Shown here: positions 54,461-64,000 of the stretch, piece by piece
How the letters are laid out: every line of letters begins with the position of its first letter
Position numbering within the stretch: position 1 is the stretch's first letter
Source: Eledone cirrhosa
Taxonomy: Eukaryota
DNA: 64,000 bases
Reading direction: 5' to 3'
Assembly (NCBI GenBank): GCA_964016885.1
Contig: OZ024743.1
Coordinates: forward strand, 96,100,001 to 96,164,000
Translations under genes and position numbers: made by a program
The notes under the pieces: generated by a model
The model's database searches: none
Told to the model about the DNA's origin: nothing
Seen by the model: the letters and a program-made list of their open reading frames with translations, nothing else

Positions 54461-55492
54461 AGTGTGGTGAGTGGTTTTGACTGTTGCAGGGGGCTTGTTT
54501 TGTGATTGTGTGCTAATGACAGCAAGGTTGGTGTTGGGTGATGTTTAAAATGTGTTTCTCTATCTCTTTTGCCAGGTTCATGGCTAAAAAAGAAAAAATT
54601 TTTTTTTTTTGTTCAGGGAGCAGTTTTTGATTGGATTTGTGGTTACAACATTGGATAGGGTTGCAGTTCCCTCTTTTGTTGTTGTTGTTGTATTTGTTGT
54701 AATTGTGTCTTTGTGAAAAGACTGGAGCAGCGTTATTTTTGTTGTTGTTGTATTTGTTGTTGTTGTGATCGTGTCTTTGTGACAAGACTGGAGCAGCATT
54801 ACTTTTGTTGTTTTTGTTGTTGTAATCATGTCTTTGTGAGGAGACTGGATCAGCATTACTGCAGCAGGGGGTGGCTTTATTGTGGTTTGTGGGTTGGCAT
54901 GAAGCCCCTTTTCTGTTCGTGAGTTGTGTCCCAGGAAGATGAGTGAAGGGACAGTCAGTCAGCAGACATAGCCTCTCACGTTGGGAATGTTGGCAGACTT
55001 TGGGACTGCGACCTATACGTGCAAGCATTGTGCTTTGGTGATGGCTGGCAGTGTTAGTGCGCCTAGTACCCGATAAATGGGTAAATATACAGTCGCTACG
55101 TGTGCATAGCCTCTGACGTAGTGAGTAGCGGCATATTTGGGGATTTCTAGTATGTGTATTGGGGGTGCATACAGCTCCATAGAACTTTTTTTTTATAGTT
55201 CTTTTGACTATGGCATGGATGTGGTGGTGATGTGGGGGAAGAAAGCATTGGTGGTGATGATGATGATGACAACTGTGGTGGGAGAGAGAGCAGTGGTCCA
55301 TTACTAGCAGTTGGTGTGGCAGAAGATGTAGATGTGGCAGGAGATGGTGACGGTGGTCATGGTGATGGCGATAATGATGGCTGAGTGAGTGGCTGAGTGA
55401 TACTGTCATTCAGTAGTTCGGCGATTATGCTTGAATTCAGTAGTGGTTGCTCCTAGCTTTCTGGCTGTTGTTGTTGCTGTTGTTGTTGTGGC

Positions 55493-55549
<57 letters not shown>

Positions 55550-55614
55550 GTTTGTCCATTAGAGTAAATATGTCGAAGTTTTTCAAAATGGTTTTGAATT
55601 AGTTTGAAAGAGAC

Positions 55615-55917
55615 TGTGGTTAGAAAAAGCTATCTCACTTACCGCTTTTCACAGGCGCCGCTAAATTCCACTGCAGGTACTCCTCTTCCACGTGCGTCCA
55701 ACTGCTTAACACCGGGAGCTGCCCAAAACTCGCGTCCACACCGTGTGCTGGTCACCACTAGAGAGAGGCCCTCTGCTGGCCCTTCCGGTCGAGCATCCTT
55801 CCGGCCAAAAACCCCTTCCGGTCGAGCACTCCCCCGCCTCCGGCCACCGCACGCCACATACCCTTCCGGTCGAGCATTCCCCCGCCTCCGGCCACCGCAC
55901 TCCACACCATACCCACA
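55615..55917 (-). repeat. 3' LTR with internal tandem units (cccttccggtcgagca x4)
   Basis: Direct repeat of 59602-59904, adjacent to the PPT. Confidence 0.92.
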
Positions 55918-55937
55918 CGCCCCCCTGATCTCAAGGA

Positions 55938-58808
55938 TCAATTTCCCCCCTCGTCCCTCTGCATATGAAAGTCTGCTGTCCAGGTCGGTGGTCTACGACT
56001 CCGTTGCGATCTTCTTAGTATTGGGGCAGAGCTCTGGGTTTCCACCTCATCTTGGGTTTCCTCTTCCTCGGAGTCCGTCGACACAGTGATTCTTCTTACA
56101 TCCAGGACATGACGTGGTACCCCGTCCACGGACACATTGTTCTTTGAATTTACGGCCGTCACCGTTCCCCTTCCCCATTGAGATGTGCAACGTGCATCTG
56201 GGGGCTTAACCCAGACTTCTTCGCCCACCTGCACGAATGCACTCTCTCTCCCCACTGGCCGTTGTGGTGGCGTGCACGGGTGCCGCCACTCGTATTTGAA
56301 CACTGCTCTATGTGGCACCGATTCTTCGACCTGTCCAACCCGAGGGGACATATTGTACCAGAACACTGCCTCCATTGGTGAGATATGGCCCCGCTCCGCC
56401 ATTGCCTTGATCGTCCGGTGGTGTCGTTCCACGATTCCATTCCCGCTCGGCCTGTGCGCCGCTTTGAAGAAACGGTCCACCTTCCATCCATCGAGCATCT
56501 CCCTCAGTGCCTCCGAGCGGAACACTGCGCTGTTGTCCATCAGCAGTTCGTCCACAGGGCCCCGCTCCAAGAACACCTCTCTCAACGTCCGCACGATTTC
56601 CTCGGCTGTTCCAGTCTTCATCTCCCTCTATATCGCCATTCGACCTGGTCCACAGTCGACCATCGAGAGGTACGTTCCCTGCCGGTAGTGCGTCACATCC
56701 ACCGCTAATCGCTTCCAGTCGCGATCCACCGGGAGGCTTCCCGTTTCGTGTACCCCCGGGGCGGGATCAATGGACTGAAATCGGACGCAGCCTCTAACCA
56801 CCACCCGAACACTGTGTCTGCTAACGTCCGAGTCGATTCTCCTGGCTAGGAACAGGCTCCTATCCACCCCCATGTGGTGCATGTCATGCAACCCCTTCAG
56901 GTCTAACTCGGTCAGCCGACACACGGCAGCTATCTCATCCTCTACCTCCTCCGGCGCTTCCATCCAGGCTTTCTTCACTCTAGTTAAGATGTCCGCCCTA
57001 TTTTTGTCTGAGGGCACGAACACTACGCTCAGCTTCAGGTCGAACTCGGTGGCCAGCTCTCCTAACGTTCCCAGGCGGCGCTTTATCAGCATCTCCGCCG
57101 CGCCTCTCGTTCGCACTCTCTTCTCACTGGTGAGCACTGATCTTACCCATCCGAGTACAGTAGCCGAGTCGGTGCGTTTCTCGATGGTGCGCAGCCCCCA
57201 CCGCAGGGCGAGGTTCACCCCTCTCAACACCGCGTCCAGCTCGGCCACATTGATGTGGCTGCAGTCGTCCTTCTTTCTAAGCCAGGCTGCATCCTCGACC
57301 TCAACACCTCCTATCTCCAACGTGACACCCAGCGCTATGCTGCTGGCATCGCACCATACGGTCCCGCTCTGTGATTTGGGAACGTACCAGCGTCCCCGCA
57401 CTGGGTCGTCGGCCTTCACCCTCCCCACGATCTCCTGCATCATGGCCACCGTCCTCTCTCCCACTCTGTCACTCCAAGTCACCCCTCCCGCTCGTCTCTT
57501 GACATAGCTGCATGCCGTCCGGAGCCACCCAGCGATCGGGTAGTGACCCACCAGCTTTCCACACACCGAGAAAAGCTCCCGCCTATTCATACTTGGGCCC
57601 AGTTCCGGAACTTCGTTTCCCCTCTGGAACACCAAAACGCCCGTCTTGTCTCGCCGTAGCCTAAGTCCCAGCGCGGCTCCTCCCTCCAATGCTTCTGATG
57701 GCTTCGCATTCAGTCCATACCTCCGCAAATGGCTCGTGACCTCCGCCGTCTACACCACCGACTCGTCCACTAGGATGCCGTCAATATAGGAGTTAGTAGC
57801 CCTCTTTATCTTGTCGGCCCTCCCCAGAGCGGTCTTGAGGATCGCCGCCATGATCTTCGGTGCGGAGCTCAGCCCGAAACCGAGCCTGGTCAGGCAATAT
57901 GTCCGGCCCTTATACCTGACCAGCTGATACCGCCAGAGCTTCTCATCTATATGCAACTGCAAGTAAGCCGACTTTAGATCCACGATCGCTGAACCCCCCG
58001 TCATGCGTCTCGACTCACGCAGGGTTTCCCCACAGACATCCGTGACCTCGCCACCCGTGTGGCATGACACGTGCTCGTTCAGCTCCCGATAGTCCAGCAC
58101 CGGCCTCACCTTGCTCTTCGTGGGCTGCACCACCGCCATCAACGGCAATACTCCGCACTTCACCTCCTCCTTCCAGGGAAGCAGTATGCCCTCTTCGATC
58201 CATCTCTCTACTTCTCGCTCGAACTCGCTCCTAGCGTTTCCCTTCAATGTGTGTTGATAGCAGCCCACTTTGGTCTTCAGCGTTGGTGGTTCTCTCTTCC
58301 AGTACCACTCAACAACCCATCGCTGCCCATCAAACACGGCCTTGAAGTCTTTGTCCTGTACAGTGTAAGCGGGGTATTCCTCCTCGTGGGCCTTCTGGTT
58401 CTCATGACGTGCACTCACAGCGCATACCGATGCAGCAGCGCCAAACGACACACCGACATTGTTCACCGTGACGCCCCCTAGACGGCCAATCGCGTCCATG
58501 CCCATAACCACGCCGATCCCATCCACCACACTGTCCACCACGATGGCGGAAAGCCTTATCCTCCTTCCCCGTACCGCTATTTCCATCTCGCTGCGACCTC
58601 GGCATTCAATTTTCCTGCCGTCGACTGCCCTTACGCTGCTCTTCCCTCCCCACCTCTGCCCCACCCCCGCGGTCACCAGTGTCGTCGTACAGCCCGTATC
58701 CACGAGGGCTCGCTGTGGCTTCCCCCTCACGAAGACTTCCACCACGGGCAGCGCCGCTACTCGTAAGGGGCAACTACAGGCGCAGTAGTTCCCCTTGGAT
58801 CGTTTCCC
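55938..58808 (-). pseudogene. pol: pol (protease, RT, RNase H, DDE integrase) with two in-frame TAG stops
   Basis: ORFs 57750-58745, 56628-57728 and 55938-56621 share one frame. Motifs ALVDTGC, RPVLDYRELN, VDLKSAY, LGFGLSSAP, YIDG (YIDD mutated), WCDASS, HINVAELDA, TDS, LAVDVT, LLMDNS, GNGIVERHHRTIK. Confidence 0.9.
58751..58808 (-). promoter_or_regulatory. -1 frameshift signal G GGA AAC with hairpin / likely H-type pseudoknot
   Basis: Heptamer at 58808-58802, 5-nt spacer, stem aagggg-aactac/gtagtt-g-cccctt. Loop gcgcc can pair with downstream ggcgc. The -1 frame (GKRSKGNYCACSCPLRVAALPVVEVF) runs straight into the protease ORF. Confidence 0.8.
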
Positions 58809-59519
58809 TGGTCGCAGTTAGTAGCGATGTGGCCTGGTCGCTTACACCGGTAGCAAATTATCTCCGGCTTCGACTCTCTACAGTCTCTAGCCATATGCGG
58901 GCCCTGGCACCGAAAACAGCGCCCCCTAAACGCACGCGGACGGCCGCGTGCTGAGGTTGCCTCCCTTTCACCATTTCGCTGCTAGGTGTCCTGAGCCTCC
59001 GTAGTTGCCATCGCCGCAACACTCTTTTTGGCATCTTCCGCTATGATCCGGGCTTGTTCCACCAGTGAACGCATTTCCATCTCTTTATAACCCGGGACTT
59101 GCTGCAGTTTCACCGCTATGTCGTCCGGAAATCAATTGATGAACGCCAACCGCACCGTGCGTTCGCATTCCGCCTGGTAACCGGCCAACATAGCCAACCG
59201 CCTTATTTCCGCTGCGAAAATGTCGACGCGCTCACCATTCCACCTGATTCTCGCCAGCTTAGCAAAAGCCGCCAACGGTCCCTCGGCGAATGCATCCATC
59301 AGACGCCTCTCAATCTTCTGCACATCTCTTTGGCTGTGCTCGTCCAACTCAAGGAAGAGTACCAGCACGTCGCCCTCGAGGTACAATGCCATGAGGCCGG
59401 CCACGTCCTCTATCTTCTGCAAAGCTTGCGACCAGCCGAACCTTCCGCAGCCAAGCGACAACATCACCTTCCCCGGTGAATGCCCTGATAGCTTCGTTCA
59501 TCCGTAGTCTTGTCGCCAT
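58757..59519 (-). pseudogene. gag: Gag with two zinc knuckles, frameshifted
   Basis: Starts MATRLRMNEAIRAFTGEGDVVAWLRKV, continues in another frame (ORF 59132-59467) and ends CFRCQGPHMARDC / CYRCKRPGHIATNC then a TAG stop. Confidence 0.8.
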
Positions 59520-59601
59520 CTTCTGATTTGTCTTGCGGCAAGTGGTTTTTTTTTTGGTTTTTTTTTTGGGGGGGGGGGGGGGTTCAGTCGCCGAAATAGC
59601 T

Positions 59602-59904
59602 TGTGGTTAGAAAAAGCTATCTCACTTACCGCTTTTCACAGGCGCCGCTAAATTCCACTGCAGGTACTCCTCTTCCACGTGCGTCCAACTGCTTAACACC
59701 GGGAGCTGCCCAAAACTCGCGTCCACACCGTGTGCTGGTCACCACTAGAGAGAGGCCCTCTGCTGGCCCTTCCGGTCGAGCATCCTTCCGGCCAAAAACC
59801 CCTTCCGGTCGAGCACTCCCCCGCCTCCGGCCACCGCACGCCACACACCCTTCCGGTCGAGCACTCCCCCGCCTCCGGCCACCGCACGCCACACCATACC
59901 CACA
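59602..59904 (-). repeat. 5' LTR with internal tandem units
   Basis: Direct repeat of 55615-55917. Confidence 0.92.
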
Positions 59905-60424
59905 GAGACTTCGACGTGTTTTAGTTTGTTTTGTATCTGCTTAGCAGATCTCGTCTTAAATGTTTGGGCTGTTTTTTCGGCAATTTAATTCAGACATGAC
60001 GCGTTAACGTTTGATGTTTGTCACAGAGAAAATCATGTGTTTATTAAGAGGTCAATTTCATTTTCAGACCAATTTCGTCCGTTGTGGGCTTGCTGGTCAT
60101 AGTTTTTTTTTTTTTTTTTAAATATCCTTGTGTGCGTTTTAAGATATTTGTTATTTGATACGTGAGTGAGACTTCGGTTATTTGAAGAAATTAAAGAATC
60201 GCATATATATATATATATATTCTCTCTTATGGATCTGAGTTTGGTTGTTTGAGGATTTAAATAGCAGAGAATATGAATAAACGAAGTTAATTCTAACCTG
60301 TTGACTTACCTACTTGTTTTTACATTACTCCGGAGTAAACAGACCCACCTGCGCACTTCGTTTAGTGCGCTACCCTGCATACTGAAGTGTCGGTAAACAA
60401 CCAACACATACTCGAAGTTATATA

Positions 60425-60501
<77 letters not shown>

Positions 60502-61626
60502 TATAATATATTAACAAATGGAAACTATATTTATAAAACCATATTTATTTCATTATACATATGTCAAGGGCCACCAGAGCAAACAATGGTGCGCTTTCAT
60601 CAGATAAAATATAATATAGGTTAGTTTTATAAATAAATATTGACATCCCTTAAAAAATGCAACCATTCTGGTTGGAATCTCCTGGATAGTGGAGTTATTA
60701 GATTTATTGTTGGTTTATTATGCAAATTAGTGTTGGAAAGGTTTAAAAACAGTATATTTAAATTAAGCCGTTGGAATAGGGAAAAAATAGAAAAGAAAGA
60801 GAAAAACGAAAGAAAGAAAGAGGAAAAAACCTGAGTATATTTAAGTGAGAGAGAATAGCATAATTTTGAGAGAAGAGGCGAAGAAATAAATATAGCGTGG
60901 ATAAATACCGTAAGATGGATAAACAATAATAATAAACAATAATAAAGATGGATAAACAATAATAAAGATAAGTTGAAGAATTTATCTAATGTTTAATTAA
61001 TAAATTTGATTAAATGCTTAATTAATAATGTATCAATTCAATCCGTAGTTTAAATGTTTAAATGTGTATGTTAGATTATTAAAGTTGAGACCTATATATT
61101 ATTAAAGAATATATATTATTAAAAAATGTTATTATTACAAAACCATATATAATTTTATTAATTATTAATTAATTATTTTAAAAAATGTGTAAGTTTAAAA
61201 TATCCGAATATTTCTAAGCTCATGGAATTTCCGAGAGTTTACAGAAGAATAATCCCTTATTTGTAATATCAGTAGAGCGTAAAGGAAATTGCTAGCGATT
61301 TATTAATAATTTAGATAGCTCTAAGGATTAAATGCTATAAAGTTAAGATGTTAACAAATTTAATTATTCATCTTAATAATGTAATTAGAGTATGAATTTT
61401 ATGTTATTTTATAGCAAGTTATGAATTTATAACTCTAACCTGTCATACAGTTATGACTGTTAAAAACATAAATTTGTTTGCTATAACGTGTTAACATTTA
61501 AAAATTCATTCATTGGAAATATCCAAAGCATAAACCATAAAAAACTCTTTCATAAGAGTATATCTGTAGAATATATTTAAAGTATAAATTTTATATATAT
61601 ATAAACATTTTGATATACATATACAT

Positions 61627-61682
<56 letters not shown>

Positions 61683-61899
61683 ATTAAGCATATGAAAAAT
61701 ATATAAATACAAAATATACAATATAAAATATGAACTATAATTTAAATTATGAATTATGAATTCTTTGTACCCATCATAGGAATTTTGAGAAAAAACTCCT
61801 TCTTCAAATCTTTCAGTACGTTTATCAAAAAATGTTTTTCAAGAAAAAATCTTTTTAAGATAGTTATAAGCAGTCATATGAAGGAATCTAATGAATTAT

Positions 61900-62765
61900 C
61901 GATAGGTTTAATAAAGATGAGTTATGTATTACAGTTTATATATATATATTTAAACGTTGAGTTCAATCTATGTTTGCAAGAACTGAAAAGATTATTTCTT
62001 AAATTAACAGAATTTTTACTTTTTAATATAAAGAATATTTTCTCTATACAGAGCACAATTTTCAGAAGAAACATTGAATGGGGGAGCTTTGGAGATAATA
62101 TTCCAAAGTAAAGAATATTTAGTGTTCTTTGATTTTAGTAAATTAGATAGAGAAGTTGAAGATTTTTTATTTATATTCGTAAAAGAGCATTTATGGTTAT
62201 TAAAACGAGACTTAAAATCTGTGGAGGTAGAGCTTACATAATTAAATGAATTTAAATTAGTTTTTACATTACAATTATATACTATATTTTTAACTAAACA
62301 TTTGTTATTTAACGGACAGTTAGATTTATTTCTACAGTTACATTTATCAAAATTTGAGTTTCTATGTGCCGTATTATTCAGTTGGATATTGCTGGGGTTA
62401 TTAATGGTATTCTGGTTAGGTTTTAAGTTTCTATTATTAATTCTATTAATATTCTGCGCTAAATTACTGGTGGTTGAATACATTAATTTTATAGTTTGTC
62501 TATTAAATATTGAGTAATACCTATGTGTTCTAGGGAAGCATTTATCTAGAGCTTTAAAGAATAATTTAGCAATAGGAGTTTTAATACTTAATGAGAAAGG
62601 AGGAGCGAACCATAATATATTCCTAGTTCTATTTCTTTTTTTGTTTTTCGAATTATTGTAAGGTTTTCTATTATAGTTGTTAAAATTATAGTTATTTGTC
62701 ATATCATTACTATCAATGTATTTAATTGTATTACTATATCCAGCTCTACCTAACGCTTCGTTATA
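61900..62765 (-). mobile_element. Penelope-like element C-terminal fragment (Naiad-type linker + GIY-YIG)
   Basis: Motifs RNILWFAPPFS, IFNRQTIKLMYST, CNCRNKSNCPLNNKCL..NIVY, YVSSTSTDFKSRFNNHK. Clade assignment is from recalled motifs. Confidence 0.8.
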
Positions 62766-62778
62766 ATATATATATATA

Positions 62779-62849
<71 letters not shown>

Positions 62850-63026
62850 CAATAACAGAGATAGCTTAACGCTAAACTCCGACTGGTAACCATCTCACTC
62901 AACAAACATTAGGTTATATGTTAGTATAACCCAATTTAAGTGTTTGGGGTGCTAACTATATGTATTTTGTGGAAAGCCAGTTGTATTATTTTATGAGATA
63001 TAATTAAAGTTAAAATATATCTCTCT

Positions 63027-63151
63027 TTCCAAACAATTGTTTCATTATAAGTTTTCTACAAATTGGGAGAATGTTTCCAGTTTATGTAGAAGCCTAACAT
63101 ATATTCATGTAAGAATATATTTAGGTGGGCACTTATAAATCTTCAGTGGAA
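63027..63151 (-). ncRNA. Hammerhead with long stem II insertion
   Basis: Minus strand: ttcca CTGAAGA tttataagt...acttataat GAAAC AATT GTT tggaa. Confidence 0.62.
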
Positions 63152-63338
63152 GCCCATTAAACTTTGATATAAGAAAGAATTCTTACCGCAGTTAAAAATC
63201 GTGTCTGCTAAGCTGCTCCTTCACGCATCGAATGACCGCCAAATTTGAAATTCCAGCAGTCTTTTGACTGAGGAAGTTTCATAGCGTCACGAAGCGGGAA
63301 AGGGAGACAACCACGATACAAGAGAATAGAAAAAAATA

Positions 63339-63790
63339 ATATACACTCGGGTTAATTAGTTTTTTCAAAAACATTATCAATCCAACGTGTTAAGAACTCA
63401 ATTGAAATTTAAAAAATAAATGTATGCGTGTATTAATTACACACGCATATAGATATTTTCTTAGGCTAAAAACAGAGGTGATACCAAAATAACAAACCGC
63501 ATCACATCACCGCAGCAAATACTGAAGGTTACGCTTTAAAGGCGATTGGGAATGTAAATCTCTGGCCATATTAAGAGTAAAATATTTAATACACGCGGGT
63601 TAATTAGTTATTTAAAACTATTATCAATTCCACGCGTTAAGAACTCAATGAATTTAAAAAAATAAATGTATGCATGTAATTGTTTACACACGCATATATA
63701 TATTTTCATAGGCTAAAAACAGAGAAGTGACAACCAAAAAACCTCCATATCTCACAACAGTAACAAATACAGAAAGTCATGTTTATAAGG
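63339..63790 (+). repeat. Diverged tandem duplication (~250-bp period)
   Basis: 63339-63542 aligns with 63588-63790 (gggttaattagtt..taagaactcaat..taggctaaaaacagag). Confidence 0.8.
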
Positions 63791-63797
63791 TACCTGG

Positions 63798-63845
<48 letters not shown>

Positions 63846-64000
63846 ACGGCTTATTCTATATATGTGTGTGTGTGTAGTAAATTTATATATAGAGATAGAA
63901 TTTGCTTCGAAAGAAAGAGAATCTACTTCGAAATCACTAGACGTATCTGAGGAGCTTGCGAATCCAGAGTCAGGCTCGATCCACAAACAGATCGCACCTC

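Larger units (their letters stand above)
55615..59904 (-). mobile_element. Compact LTR retrotransposon (4290 bp) with 5-bp TSD GAGAC, nested in LINE ORF1
   Basis: 303-bp TG..CA LTRs at 55615-55917 and 59602-59904 with 3 mismatches. gagac at 55610-55614 and 59905-59909. Purine-rich PPT (gagatcaggggggcg, minus strand) at ~55918-55932. Confidence 0.95.
54513..60100 (-). pseudogene. LINE ORF1 (Myb/SANT-like N-terminus, polyQ, two CCCH zinc fingers), split by LTR insertion
   Basis: 60098-59905 reads RNWSENEIDLLINT*...IAEKTAQTFKTRSAKQIQNKLKHVEVS and joins FKLIQNHFEKLRHIYSNGQTQQQ below 55610. Two C-x8-C-x4-C-x3-H motifs in ORF 54513-55409. Confidence 0.65.
51409..60200 (-). mobile_element. Near full-length CR1-group (CR1/L2-like) LINE, interrupted by an LTR element
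   Basis: ORF1, APE endonuclease, RT, short 3' UTR and tail (tatcaaagt)x2 into (TA)n. ORF1 frame is continuous across the removed LTR insertion. The 5' end near the (TA)n at ~60203 is approximate. Confidence 0.85.

Noticed and set aside
55604-56089. Pro/Arg-rich ORFs in the second element's LTRs
   Set aside because: GC-rich tandem LTR sequence is open by chance in several frames.
63783-63986. Acidic ORF MWIEPDSG
   Set aside because: It lies antisense to a repeat also present at 50850-50929 and runs into (TA)n.

Overview
AT-rich, microsatellite-dense eukaryotic DNA made up almost entirely of transposable elements and their remnants. The SINE types and the (TA)/(CA)/(ATAC) landscape suggest an octopod cephalopod, which is inference only. 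No host protein-coding gene can be supported. Main contents: (1) a young but disabled Ty3/Gypsy element (~7249-13784, +) with a tRNA-Trp PBS, a GGGAAAC -1 frameshift signal and a ~1.2 kb extra region between pol and the 3' LTR; (2) a near full-length CR1-group LINE (~51409-60200, -) whose ORF1, rebuilt by removing a nested insertion, reads Myb/SANT-like domain + polyQ + two CCCH zinc fingers; (3) nested in that ORF1, a compact 4.3 kb LTR element (55615-59904, -, TSD GAGAC) with divergent, DIRS-like RT/RNase H motifs but a DDE integrase, and an intact -1 frameshift signal with a likely pseudoknot; (4) Penelope-like (PLE), RTE and CRE fragments, a non-autonomous Helitron, MITEs and many tRNA-derived SINEs; (5) a 47-unit 27-bp minisatellite whose unit also forms the 3' UTR of an adjacent LINE fragment; (6) many type I hammerhead-ribozyme motifs (at least 6 with near-complete cores) in short, often fold-back elements sitting in (TA)n tracts. 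Coordinates were read by eye and ends may be off by a few bases.
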